From an uncultured Gammaproteobacteria bacterium (GTDB lineage Bacteria > Pseudomonadota > Gammaproteobacteria > Chromatiales > Chromatiaceae), in contig CAVXWS010000087.1 in NCBI GenBank assembly GCA_963765415.1, forward strand, positions 1 to 48,454: a stretch of 48,454 bases of DNA, written 5' to 3'. Below the pieces are notes generated by a model, which was not told where the DNA came from, searched no databases, and was given only the letters and a program-made list of their open reading frames with translations. Shown piece after piece: positions 1-10,776 of the stretch. Position numbers and translations under genes: made by a program. Position 1 is the first letter of the stretch, and every line of letters begins with the position of its first letter.

Positions 1-742
1 GCCGCCGACAGAATTGGAATCGCCGATAAATACTCTATGTCGCTCAACGCACCCTCAATACGCACTCGCCATTTTTCGTCACCGATTTGCAGGCTACCCG
101 CCGAATGGTCACGAAAATACGCCGTGATCGTGTCCGAGACATCCGTGGGCGATATACCCAAGCCAATAAGCTTTTCGGTTGGAACAATACCTGTATTTCC
201 GACGTATTTTCTCCCGCCACGTTTGCACGTTCTACACCGCTCAGCCGCTCAATATCTTCTTTTACAATGCGCGCCTGTTTTCTAAGACTTTCGTTATCTG
301 CGACGCCGGTTACAATTATCAACGCAGCCGGATAGGCGTTTGCCGTGGTGATCTCAACCACTTCGGGCTGCTCCGCCTCCTCAGGCAGTTCCTCATACTT
401 CGTCTGGATCTCACGCCGAAGATCGGCGAGTCGTGTAGAAAAAAGCTCGTCGCTGATATCGCCAAATCGAACCAATATTGTCGAAATGTCTTGTCTGCTA
501 TTGCTGGTTACAAACTTGATGTCGGATATTCTCGCTATAGCTTCCTCTAAAGGCTCTGTCACGCGCCTTTCGACATCACTTGCAGATGCGCCTGGGAACT
601 TAGTGGCGATATTAACCCAGTTAAAATTGACCGACGGGTCCCGCTCTTTTGGCATCTTCAAGAAAGCGTAGGCACCCAAAACTAAGACGAGCAAGAAAGT
701 CAGGTTCGCGAAGATATGATTTTGTAGGATCGGCCTGAACAT
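1..742 (-). CDS. RND efflux transporter permease (AcrB/CzcA superfamily), N-terminal part; gene runs off window start; frame disruption near nt ~165
   Basis: Minus-strand translation from ATG at 742: MFRPILQNHIFANLTFLLVLVLGAYAFLKMPKERDPSVNFNWVNIATKFPGASASDVERRVTEPLEEAI... matches the conserved RND N-terminus (TM1, LPxExxP, YPGAS, VExxVTxPLE). After ...VLFQP the reading continues in another frame (KLIGLGISPTDVSDTITAYFRDHSAGSLQIGDEKWRVRIEGALSDIEYLSAIPI), so a 1-nt indel sits near 150-175. Confidence 0.75.
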
Positions 743-758
743 CGCAGGTACGGATTGG

Positions 759-1790
759 CTAGTTCTCGGCCACTCGGACCACATCGCCATCGAGTAGACT
801 ATGTCGACCTTCGACGGCGATCATCTGGCGCGGGTCCATTTCAACTTGCGCGGCACGACCTTCGCTAGCCCCGGGCAAAGCGACAAATCTTGACACCCCA
901 GAATCAACAACGAACACACCGATGTCGCCTGCACGACGTACCAGCAGATTCGGTGGCAAGTATGCCTCTGGGCTGACCCAATCCAATCGCCCTGTAGATC
1001 CGGGTGGCGCAGGCCCGGCGAGAAAATCTAAACGAACTTCGTAACTTCGCACCTTACTGTCTACTACTGGCAGAACCTTTCGGATTTTTACCGCGTACGA
1101 AGAACTCCGACTGACGAAGAAAGCCTTTTCGGCTCTTTGCAAGCTCGCTACATCGCTCTCTTGGACCTGCGCACTGACCTCTATATTGTCCGCGTCCAGA
1201 ATGCGCGCTGACTTTTGTCCCTGATGTAGCTAACTCACCGACACTGGCCTTACGCTCAATTACGACGGCATCATAAGAGGGAACGCACAACGCACTTGGT
1301 TGTCAGGCGCTTGGCAGAGTTCAATGCCGCGCGCTGCTGGGTTTTTTCAGCAGCGTATGCAGCCGCTTCAGATTCTCGTTCGTCTACCTGCTCTTTTGAT
1401 ATCGATTTGTTCTTGGAAAGTCTGAGTGCATTATTTAGCTGGCTCTTACTGAATTGATATCTCGCTTGCGCTTGCTCCAACGCGGCCTCTGCCTGAGTCT
1501 GTTGCATCTCGTACCTCTGAACAATCCAGGCGCGCGATCACATCGCCCCGTGCCACTTGATCTCCGACTCTCACCGGAAGCGACTCAATGACGCCAACGA
1601 TCTCCGCACTAATATCGGCGTTGTTCAAACTCACTGCCGCTGCCGGCGCGGAGTATTTCGGATAGATTGCCACATCCGAAAATGTCTGGACGCTTATCGG
1701 CTTAGCGTCCGCCGCCTCGACGGGAAGCAACGGAGCGAATTGTAGAATCAGCCCGATCGGAATTACCCAATTCTTGAAAGTTAATCTTCC
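759..1790 (-). pseudogene. RND membrane fusion / periplasmic adaptor protein (HlyD/AcrA family), split across >=3 frames as assembled
   Basis: Fragments 1446-1730 (biotinyl-lipoyl-like VGDQVARGDVIARLD), 1271-1507 (coiled-coil QAEAALEQAQARYQ...) and 759-1142 (C-terminal beta-barrel/MP domain, ...VVDSGVSRFVALPGASEGRAAQVEMDPRQMIAVEG..GDVVRVAEN) lie in different frames but in MFP order, directly upstream of the RND gene. Confidence 0.6.
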
Positions 1791-1996
1791 ATGAAGCCCG
1801 ACGGATCATTGCTTGTCCAGCGTTTCGGCTTGAGAAACACGGCATGTCAGAAGCCGCGGCATGGACACGAAAATGTGGATGCAAAACATCACCATCTCAC
1901 TTGCTTACCAATTTTTTTGTATTGCGTATATATGGCAAACACGATTGGCGCTTTACCCTCAGTTAGGGCCGATCAGTCCAAGCCTGGACAAGTCAT

Positions 1997-3120
1997 TCAC
2001 CCCTGCATCGACTCAGCGGCGTTTTCGTGCCCGGTAGCAGTTTTCTTTGTCACTGCCGAGAGGGGCCGCCGCGTGGAACGGGCAACGGGATAGGATCCGT
2101 ATCCAACTCGCCCCATAAACACAGCAGTACTTACTAGACGCTCACCCATTAGTCGTTCTAGTTCTTGCTTCAGGCTTCTTGCTTCCTCCAATGCCGAATC
2201 ATCCCTGGTAAACTGCCGACCTTTGGCCACATACCGAGAAAAAATGAGAGGCGTCATTTCGGGCTGGAACTGGATATTTAGACTCGTAGTTGTTAACCAA
2301 AACCTTTGGATCGCGCGACCAGCGTCAATATAATCGTTCAATCGTGTCGGCTCGCTATCGGCAACAATAAGAAAATGAGCTGCTTCGCATCTTCGCCCTG
2401 GAATTAGATCGAGTATGACCCGAGGAAGCACCGTACCTGCCAAGTATCGGTTCAGGAACCTTACCTCTGCCCCAACTCTGCAATGCCCAACGCATTGCCT
2501 TAAGATTTATCGGATCGAGTCCGACGGCCTGATCCGGAATCCGATCTTCACTATACTGCGCGTCCCATTCAATAATGCGGCGGTGAACCTCGTATGCTTC
2601 GGGAATGGTCAGCCGGATATGGGCGTTTCTTGAAGAGCAGTCTCGCCATATCACTTTTTCCTTCGACTCCATCCAACCACTTTACCGAATATCGTGAGCC
2701 CATCGACGCTGCCAGCCGCTCTCGGTCGTCATCCTCAAGGTTATCTGTCTTCAGGACTCTGCGTTGGGTTACTCGTTTTTCGATAAAAGGGAGCAACGGA
2801 TCGGTCGATATATCAGCTGAACCGTCGGGCGGATATAAACAGACGTCGATCTCAGGTGCCGTTTCCGGGGCGTCGTCTCGAATCGAAAATTTCGCAGTTA
2901 GGCCCTCTCCAGTCGCAGCAATTCGGATGTTTTCAAGCAACGCGCCAACGGCAATTTGGCTGGCCCTGCCATCGAGATCATAAACACACCAGTCACGCGT
3001 ATCGGACCCGTGGACAACAAAGCTATCGGCCGAAAGAATCTCAAATTGCCAAGGCTGGGTGTTGTCCCCACTTGGAGCCCACCGTGCTAAGTCTAGAATT
3101 CGCTCAATGGACGTTTCCAT
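1997..3120 (-). pseudogene. Two-domain nitroreductase-family protein (McbC/SagB-like fold), split into 3 frames as assembled
   Basis: N-terminal fragment 2569-3120 has the nitroreductase signature RWAPSGDNTQPWQF. The C-terminal fragment 1997-2443 has a typical nitroreductase C-terminus (AAHFLIVADSEPTRLNDYIDAGRAIQRFWLTTTSLNIQFQP). A middle piece lies in a third frame (2355-2672). Total length is ~375 aa. Confidence 0.6.
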
Positions 3121-3146
3121 AGCTGTATTCGTACCGTTAGAGAGAG

Positions 3147-4020
3147 TTAGTTTCTGTGGTCCGCGAGAAAGGATTTACGGGCGAAATAGAGAGCTAGCCT
3201 TTGTAATGGATGTTTATTTCCACCAGGCCTTTTTACTCGGGTAAGCCTTCCCGTATAAGCATCGAATTGAAGCGCAACCGGTGCCGATAGCAATTTCCCA
3301 CGACCGAGTAGAATCTTAACGGCCTCTCCGGCGGCAATTCCGGCGCACAGCTCACAACCTATCGGTGTTGAAGGCCCCTTGCGACCGGCGAGATCGATCG
3401 TTGAGGGATCGACAAGGGATTTCTTATGTAAGCCCCCTGGCGCTAGCCCGATAAAAAACCTGAGGTACTGTTCATTCTCAGGATGTCCTTCAACCTGAAA
3501 ATAGTCTTCAAAAGACATCGACCCCGGAAGAAATGTCAACACTGCCGCGCTGAATCCAAGCGGCGCCGCGGTTACCGCGGGGACCCCGCTCTCGTGACAG
3601 GCACTGAATACCGCTCGACGAGCGGCCAAGGCAAAGAAGTCCAGCCCGTCCAGGTAAAGATCGGCGTCCTGAAGAAATTCGCTAGCGTTGTCCGTCCCGA
3701 TAGGCTTATCGTAGATTCTCAGATCGAGCTCAGGATTGATGTCGAGGGCCATTTCGGCCAGCGTATCTACCTTGGGAGAGCCGACGCTTCGCATCGTCGC
3801 ACCGACCTGCCGATTGAAATTTGCGATCTCGAAGACATCAAAGTCTGCAAGCGTGAAGGCTCCGATCCCAAGTCGCGTCAGTGTCAGAAGGTGACTGCCC
3901 CCCACACCACCGAGTCCGGCGATGGCAACACGCCGGTTGCGGGAGACGGTCTTGCTCGTCGCTCGTCAACCAGCCAATGTTGCGCGAAAACGCGGTCGCG
4001 TAATCAAAGTCCCTTATCAT
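3147..4020 (-). CDS. ThiF/MoeB/HesA-family E1-like adenylyltransferase (one frame disruption near 3905-3940)
   Basis: ...GGSHLLTLTRLGIGAFTLADFDVFEIANFNRQ (Rossmann GxGxxG plus the NRQ motif of E1-like enzymes). The N-terminus MIRDFDYATAFSRNIGWLTSDEQDRL lies in the neighbouring frame (3838-4020). Gene sits directly upstream of the nitroreductase gene. Confidence 0.7.
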
Positions 4021-4313
4021 GATCGCTGGTAATCGGCCGACGCGGACCCGACTTTAGAATTAAATTCGTACATCAGACGAGAATTGTACTCTTCACGCAA
4101 CCCGCTTCAGATTCATCTGGGAATTAGCATCTTAAACGACGCAGAAGGTCGGAGGAGGCGTCTCAGCGCCCGGTTCGGTGGAGCACTCGATCCCCATCGG
4201 CACCACCCGAAGCATGACTTAGGACAGGAACACGGGCTATGCAAGCGACCGTTAATCGAGCGCCAGGCGTGAGCACTTCACCCTTTCAAACCAGGGCGCA
4301 AAGCTCGTCGAAT

Positions 4314-5100
4314 CTAGACAACGATACAGGGGCGGAAATACGAAGCTCCGCCGTAGTAGGAATGAGAGCTCGACTGATCGCCTGCAACGACCGAATGAAT
4401 TAACCGATAGACATCCGGGCGACGGCACTTAATATCCGACAGCAGGTCTTCCACGCCGGCAATCATCGGCTGGCGCTTACCGTGGTAATCGATCACGGGC
4501 CCGACTTTGTGAAAATCGATGCCCAGGCGCGACAAATGCCGCGCCAAGGATCGCTCCATGAGGGCCATCCAATGTTCGGTCCTCGTGTCTTGGCTCATCC
4601 TAAACAGCAAGGCAATAAGGCCCCAGGCAATCAACTTCGTCGGGAAACCGGACAGGAATTGTACGTCCGAACTCATCGCCCCATCCGAAGTCCTCAGCGC
4701 CTGGGCGACGGCCTTCTTCGAGACCGCGAAACGAGAGACTTCGGCTACCTGCTGGCTTGTGTGGTCGAATCGCTCGATTAGAGAGGGGTCGAAAATGTGG
4801 GCACTTGCCTCTTCGATGGGGAGAAAAAGAAGACTCGCCGAGGCCGTCGCGAGATATCAGCCTCACCACGCCAACGACCAGACCCGATTTCTTATGACGA
4901 ACCAGCGCGTGATTAGCGCGCTCATCGTAGCAATCCGCCTCTAATCCCGCGGCAAACCGACCCGGGTCTTCGAAACCACGTTCGGCGCAGTAGACCTGAT
5001 ATCGGAGTCGATAGACCTCTCGTCTCAGCTCACGGGAATTCGCGACTTCCGCAGAGAAAAATCGGTGAAATAGTTTAACGGTGTCTGGCTCAGTGTACCT
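4314..5100 (-). pseudogene. Paralogue of the downstream acyltransferase (LuxI/N-acyl amino acid synthase-like), frame-disrupted or truncated
   Basis: C-terminal part (4314-4676: MALMERSLARHLSRLGIDFHKVGPVIDYHGKRQPMIAGVEDLLSDI) is collinear with VMERALLRLLTRIGIHFTNLGPEVTYHGRRQPCFTGV of the 5444-6262 protein. N-terminal part near 4980-5050 in another frame contains EVANSRELRREVYRLRYQVYCAE (the same FxLRYxVYC motif). Confidence 0.5.
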
Positions 5101-5443
5101 GTACCGCCGGAGAATTGCGATACGCAGTTGCTAGCTGTCCCATCAAGGCGCTCCCCTTGGTGTGTCTTGGCATCTACCAAACATCAGCTAGCTCGGACAG
5201 GCGCTTGATCGCGCTCTTTAATTATATCCGTTCGATGCATTCGACCATGAGGTCTTTAGAGAATCCAGACCTTCGATCGCGAGTATCCTTCAAGCCGGAA
5301 GCTAACCAATCCCTATCTACGCTTCGGATCCTACTCCTATGATCGGAAGTACGTATGTGAACTGCGCCACAGAGTCGAAGAAACGAAAATCCCAGTGTCA
5401 GGAAGAAATATCCGGAAACGGACTCTCGCTTCAGTCGGCTTGC

Positions 5444-6262
5444 TCAGCTTGGCCCGGGATGGAGCCCTTGCGCGGCGAGATCCGGGATGCCTATTCGCCC
5501 TTTGTCGGTCAAGACCTCCCAGACATCAAGCCGCTCCCGTTTGACTCCAGTCAACATGCGCGCGACCCCAGTGAAGCACGGCTGACGTCTTCCATGGTAG
5601 GTCACCTCAGGACCTAGATTCGTAAAATGAATCCCTATCCGGGTCAGCAACCTCAGCAAAGCACGCTCCATTACGGAGGACCAAACCCGTACATCATGTT
5701 CAGCGCTCATGGCGATGAGCGAATGAATCAACCCGAGGGTGATATGCGGAGCGAGCCTCCGGTCCTTCATGTCCCTGCGCATCGCCAACATGGCGGCCAG
5801 GGATTCGTCGGTAACGCCCGTTGGCGACCCCCCCTCGCCGATTCGGCGGCGAAATGATTTCGAGACCGCAAATCGGGAGACCTCACCCATCCGGGCTCTC
5901 AGGCCTGGAGGCAACGATGTGAAGCTGAAATCGCCACAAACTCGGTCGATGGGCAGGCTTCCAACCGGTCGAGACGGGTCGGGCAGCACGAGTCGAACGG
6001 TGCCCGCGATCATGCCGGTCGGCTTATGAATCAACAGGCTGTGAACCGAATCCCGATCGTATTCGTCAGCTTCTTTCTCGTCTGGATACTGCTCGGGGTC
6101 CTCAAAGCTGTGCTCGACACAGTAGACGTGGTATCGAAGCTTGAACGCTTCGTCTTGCAACTCGCGGGTCGATGCAGGGATTGTCTGGAAATACTGGTGA
6201 TAGGCGTCGTACAGACTGACCTCTGAATCGGCTACCTCGGTTGACTCCAGCATTGTCGCCAA
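5444..6262 (-). CDS. GNAT-fold N-acyltransferase related to autoinducer synthases / N-acyl amino acid synthases (resembles the PEP-CTERM/exosortase-associated acyltransferase family)
   Basis: Intact 272-aa ORF with motifs FKLRYHVYCVEHSF... and ...LLTRIGIHF... These recall the LuxI/NAS family (R-x-x-F...W N-terminal motif; ILTRSGW-like C-terminal motif). Family assignment is from memory, not searched. Confidence 0.5.
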   Translation of the reverse strand: MATMLESTEVADSEVSLYDAYHQYFQTIPASTRELQDEAFKLRYHVYCVEHSFEDPEQYPDEKEADEYDRDSVHSLLIHKPTGMIAGTVRLVLPDPSRPVGSLPIDRVCGDFSFTSLPPGLRARMGEVSRFAVSKSFRRRIGEGGSPTGVTDESLAAMLAMRRDMKDRRLAPHITLGLIHSLIAMSAEHDVRVWSSVMERALLRLLTRIGIHFTNLGPEVTYHGRRQPCFTGVARMLTGVKRERLDVWEVLTDKGRIGIPDLAAQGLHPGPS

Positions 6263-6466
6263 GACCTAAACGCAATATGGGCAGTTGCGGCTGACCCCAC
6301 TGATGATCGCGCCGAAACCTTATTGGTCTTTTATTGCGGCAAAGCAGCACCCAACTTGAGTCAGACGAGGCTGCCCCTCAGGCTGAACGCCTTGAACCGT
6401 GGTGGCCCCGGGCGGCCAAGTCATCAGATTGGCGACGATGGACAAGTCATGCCGTCCTGCCCGAAC

Positions 6467-8671
6467 TCAACCAATCACCCGAGCAATACGCAGAACGGCA
6501 CTCAAGGCCTTGATCCTCTTCATGATTCCCGCCAGGTGCTTGCGGCTCCGCACGGCGATCACGAAGCGCAGGCTGGAGCTCAGGCCGTCGCGTTCCTCAC
6601 TGCGCACGTCCTCGATGTTGCTCCCTTCCTCGGCGATGATGGAGGCGATGGTCGCCAGCATTCCGCGCTGGTTGCCGACGTCCACCCGGACGGCAGTGAC
6701 GTACTCGCCCTGCACGTCCGGCGACCACTGAACGTCCAACCAGCTCTGGCCCTGTTTTCGGAAGTCACCGAGATTCGGACAACCCTGATGGTGCACGACC
6801 ACGCCGCGGCCGGGGCTGAAATTGGCGACGATCGGATCGCCCGGGATCGGGCCGCAGCACTTGGCGAAGCGAACCACCATGCCCTCGGTTCCCTGGATCG
6901 TGAGTGAACCCGCCGCCGCGGCGTCGCCCGGGATCAAAGCGTCCTCGGTCCCGCCTTGCAGCAGCCGGGCGACCAGCTTGGCCATGCGATTACCCAGCCC
7001 GATCTCGCCGAGCACGACGTCGAAATTGGCCACGTTGAATTCATTCACGGCCTTGGCGATCCGCTCCGGATCGATCTCTTCCAGCGTCAGCCCCATCACT
7101 TCGAGTTCACGATCGAGCAGCCTTCTGCCAAGCTCGGCGGCCTCACCGACCTCCAGCCGCTTCAGATAGGAACGGATCGCCGCCCGCGCCTTGCCGGTGA
7201 CCACGAAGTTCAGCCAGGCGGGGTTCGGTCGCGCGTCCGCCCGGTGATGATCTCGACCGATCTGACCGCTCTTCAGGCGGGTGCGCAGCGGCGACCAGCC
7301 GCCGGTCGACCTTGGCCGCGACGCAGCTGGTTGCCGACGTCGGTGTGCACCGCGTAGGCGAAATCGATCACCGTCGCGCCGCGCGGCAGCACCAGGATCT
7401 TGCCGCGCGGGGTGAAGACGTAGACCTCGTCGGGGAACAGGTCGACCTTGACGTGCTCGAGGAACTCCACCGAGTCGCCGGAACCGCTTCTGCATCTCGA
7501 GCAGGTCGCTGCAGCCAGTGCGGCGGCGCTGTCTGCGGCGGAGTGCCGTCGTGCTCGCCGACCTTGTAGCAGCCAGTGCGCGGCGATCCCCGCCTCGGCC
7601 ACCCGGTGCATCTCCTCGGTGCGGATCTGAATCTCGATCGGCAGACCGTAGGGGCCGAACAGGACCGTGTGCAGGGACTGGTAGCCGTTGGCCTTGGGGA
7701 TGGCGATGTAGTCCTTGAACCTGCCCGGCATCGGCTTGTAGAGATTGTGCACCGCGCCGAGCACCCGGTAGCAGGTATCGACCCGGTCGACCACGATCCG
7801 AAAGGCGTAGATATCGTGCCAGATCGCTGAGCGAGGCGTGTTTCTCCCGCATCTTGCGGTAGATGCTGTAGATGTGCTTCTCGCGGCCGTACACCTCGCC
7901 AGGCAGGTCCTCCTGACGCAGGCGCTGGCGCATCGCCGTCTCGATCGTACCCAGCGACCTCCTTGCGGTTGCCGCGCGCTGGTACGCAGGGCCTGCGACA
8001 ACACCCGATGCCGCCAAGGCCAGTAGGCCGCGAAGCCCAGGTCCTCCAGCTCGTGGCGAATGCTGTTCAGCCCAGGCGATTGGCGATCGGCGCGTAGATC
8101 TCCAGGGTCTCGCGCGCGATCCGCCGGCGCCTTCTCCGGCCGCATCGCGCCCAGGGTGCGCATGTTGTGCAGTCGGTCGGCCAGCTTGATCAGGATCACG
8201 CGGATGTCCCGCGCCATCGCCAGCAGCATCTTGCGGAAGTTCTCCGCCTGCGCTTCGGCGCGCGACTGGAACTCGATCTGGGTCGAGCTTGCTGACCGCC
8301 GTCCACCAGCTCGGCCAACTCGGCTTGCCGAACAGCTCGGCGAGCTGCTCCTTGGCGGTCTCGGTGTCCTCGATCACGTCGTGCAGGATGGCGGCCATCA
8401 GGCACTGGTGGTCCATCCGCAACTCGGCCAGGATCCGGGCGACCGCGACCGGATGGTAGATGTAGGGCTCACCGGACAGGCGGCTCTGACCCTCGTGGGC
8501 CTCGGCGCTGAACAGGTAGGCGCGATAGACCTCTTGGATCTGGTCCGAACTCAGATACGACTCGAGGTCGCTGCACAGATCACTGATGAGATAACGTGCC
8601 GAACCGCCGAAACGGGCGCTGGGTGCGCCCGGCTCTGGGATGGGGCTGAGGTCGGTGGCGATGTCCGACAC
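6467..8671 (-). pseudogene. spoT: Bifunctional (p)ppGpp synthetase/hydrolase SpoT/RelA, full gene length but split across several frames as assembled
   Basis: HD domain (HEGQSRLSGEPYIYHPVAVARILAELRMDHQCLMAAILHDVIEDT) at the N-terminus. Synthetase domain in the frame of ORF 7273-8229 (DIRVILIKLADRLHNMRTLGAMRPEK; AIPKANGYQSLHTVLFGPYGLPIEIQIRTEEMH). TGS and ACT regions (FAKCCGPIPGDPIVANFSPGRGVVVHH; VRVDVGNQRGMLATIASIIAEEG) at the C-terminus. Order gmk-rpoZ-spoT as in E. coli. Confidence 0.85.
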
Positions 8672-8743
8672 GGTTCCGGGCTCCGCGACTCCTCTCCGCT
8701 GGTCGACCGTCGCCCGGCGACCGAGAAAGGAATTCGGGGGCCG

Positions 8744-9031
8744 TCAGTCCTCGTCCGAGTTGATACTGGCGGCGCCGAGCTCACCGGCCAGGGCGGCCAC
8801 CAGTTCCTCGTCGATCGACTCCTCGGTGGGTTCCGGCTCCTCGACCATCTGCTGACTGATCAAACCGTCGGCGATCTCGCGCAAGGCAACGACCGTCACC
8901 TTGTCGTTCTCCCAGGCGACCAGGGGATCGACGCCGTTGGTCAGTTGCCGGGCGCGCTTGGTGGCCAGCAGCACCAGGTTGAAACGGTTGTCGACGTGAT
9001 CGAGGCAGTCTTCTACGGTAATTCGCGCCAT
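8744..9031 (-). CDS. rpoZ: DNA-directed RNA polymerase subunit omega
   Basis: [33 protein letters not shown]... is the canonical RpoZ N-terminus; intact 95 aa. Confidence 0.9.
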   Translation of the reverse strand: MARITVEDCLDHVDNRFNLVLLATKRARQLTNGVDPLVAWENDKVTVVALREIADGLISQQMVEEPEPTEESIDEELVAALAGELGAASINSDED

Positions 9032-9122
9032 TGGTTCTCTACTCCGGGACTAATTCAGGGCCAACGTTCTATAGTACGATTCTACGCGCGGCGCGCCAAG
9101 CGGCACAGTTCGGATCCGGCAT

Positions 9123-9752
9123 TCAATCGGCCGGCGGCGCCAGCATCTCGCTCAGCGCCTGACGATGGCGCTCGGCCTGTCGCACCAACCGCAGCCGCTC
9201 GGCGGCGACAATCGCCGTCAACTCGAGCAGGGCCTGATCGAACCGGTCGTTGACCACCAGATAGTCGTATTCCGGGTAGTGCGACAGCTCGCTCTGGGCA
9301 TCGCGCATGCGCCGGGCAACGATCTCGGGGGCGTCCTGGCCGCGCCCGGCCAGGCGGCTCTGCAGGGCCTCGAGCGACGGCGGTGCGACGAAGATCGACA
9401 CGCAGTCGGGAAACCGCTGGCGGACCTGACGGGCACCCTGCCAGTCGATCTCCAGCACCAGATCCTGGCCCGTGTCGAGGGACTCACGCACCGTCGCCTC
9501 GGCCGTGCCGTAGAAGTTGTCGAACACCTGGGCCTGTTCGACGAAACCACCCTCGTCGGTGATCTTCTGGAAGACCGCGGGTTCGACGAAATGATAATCG
9601 ATCCCGTCCACCTCGCCCGGGCGCATCGCCCGGGTGGTGTGCGACACCGACACCCGCAGGCCCTCGTCGGCAGCCACCAATTCGCGCAGCAGGCTGGTCT
9701 TGCCCGCCCCGGAGGGCGCGGAAACGACAAAAAGAATACTGGACTGGTTCAT
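9123..9752 (-). CDS. gmk: Guanylate kinase
   Basis: MNQSSILFVVSAPSGAGKTSLLRELV... (P-loop GAGK) and ...SHTTRAMRPGEVDGIDYHFV...; intact ~209 aa. Confidence 0.9.
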   Translation of the reverse strand: MNQSSILFVVSAPSGAGKTSLLRELVAADEGLRVSVSHTTRAMRPGEVDGIDYHFVEPAVFQKITDEGGFVEQAQVFDNFYGTAEATVRESLDTGQDLVLEIDWQGARQVRQRFPDCVSIFVAPPSLEALQSRLAGRGQDAPEIVARRMRDAQSELSHYPEYDYLVVNDRFDQALLELTAIVAAERLRLVRQAERHRQALSEMLAPPAD

Positions 9753-9772
9753 AGTCGATCGGACCGCCGTGA

Positions 9773-10635
9773 TTACTCGATGTTCTGCACCTGCTCGCGC
9801 ATCTGTTCGATCAGCACCTTCATTTCCACCGAGACCGCAGTGGTCTGGCTGTCGGCGGACTTCGAACCCAGGGTGTTGGCCTCTCGATTGAGTTCCTGCA
9901 TCAGGAAGTCGAGCCGCCGGCCGACCGCCCCGCCCTTGTTCAGCACCCGCTCGACCTCGTCGAGATGGGCGCCGAGACGGTCCATCTCCTCGTCGACGTC
10001 CATCTTCTGCGCGAGCAGGGCCATTTCCTGCTCGATCCGACCCTCGTCGAACTCTTCGCTGATCTCGGCCAGGCGAGCCCGCAGCCGGTCCCGCAGCCGC
10101 GCGACCACCTCCGGCATGCGCTCGCGCGCCAGGCCGACCTGCACGCGCATCGCCTGGCAGCGCTGCCGAAGCAACTCCTGCATCCGGGCGCCCTCGCGCT
10201 CGCGCGTCGAGACCAGGGTCGCGATGGCGCGCTCGAGCAGCTCGATGGCGGCGTGCTGTACCGGGCCGAGATCCTGACCCTCGGTCTCGAGCACCCCTGG
10301 CCAGCGCAAGACGTCCATGATGGCCGGCGACGGCGAGTTCGGCAGCCGACCGGTCATACTGTCGGCGGCCGTCAGCAGTTGCTCGACCAGACGATCGTTG
10401 ACCCGAACGGTCTCGGCGGCGGCGGTACCCGGGCGATAGCGCAGGGTGGCGTCGATCTTGCCCCGACTCAGGCGTTTTCCCAGTCGCGAGCGCAACTCCG
10501 TCTCCAGCACTCTCAGCTCTTCCGGCAGGCGAACGCCGATCTCGAGAAAACGCTGGTTGACGCACCGCAATTCCCACACCAGCTCGCCCAGTTCGTTGCG
10601 CTACTCCTCGCGGGCAAACGCGGTCATACTGCGGA
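9773..10635 (-). CDS. yicC: YicC-family stress-induced protein (UPF0701) with an in-frame TAG at codon 13 (10598-10600)
   Basis: MIRSMTAFAREE*RNELGELVWELRCVNQRFLEIGVRLPEELR... matches E. coli YicC MIRSMTAYARREIKGEWGSATWEMRSVNQRYLE; the rest is intact to the stop at 9773. Confidence 0.8.
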
Positions 10636-10776
10636 TCATTCGGACCTCGGGGGCATTTCAAGACGGTCCCCAGTGTACACAGATCGATTCGTCGGCAGGC
10701 GCCCGTTTTGGCGGTATGATTCGATCATCCGAACAGACACCGAGGTCCCGCACCCTCCCGGGCCGTATGACTGCGA

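Noticed and set aside
8060-9253. 397-aa plus-strand ORF overlapping spoT/rpoZ/gmk
   Set aside because: Antisense shadow ORF typical of high-GC DNA. The opposite strand carries clearly recognisable conserved genes
9165-10277. 370-aa plus-strand ORF overlapping gmk and yicC
   Set aside because: Shadow ORF; low-complexity Arg/Ser/Ala-rich translation with no domain signature
10598-10600. TAG in yicC as a recoded codon (e.g. pyrrolysine)
   Set aside because: No pyl genes, no other in-frame TAGs in neighbouring genes, and the window is rich in other sequence disruptions. Error or nonsense mutation is far more likely
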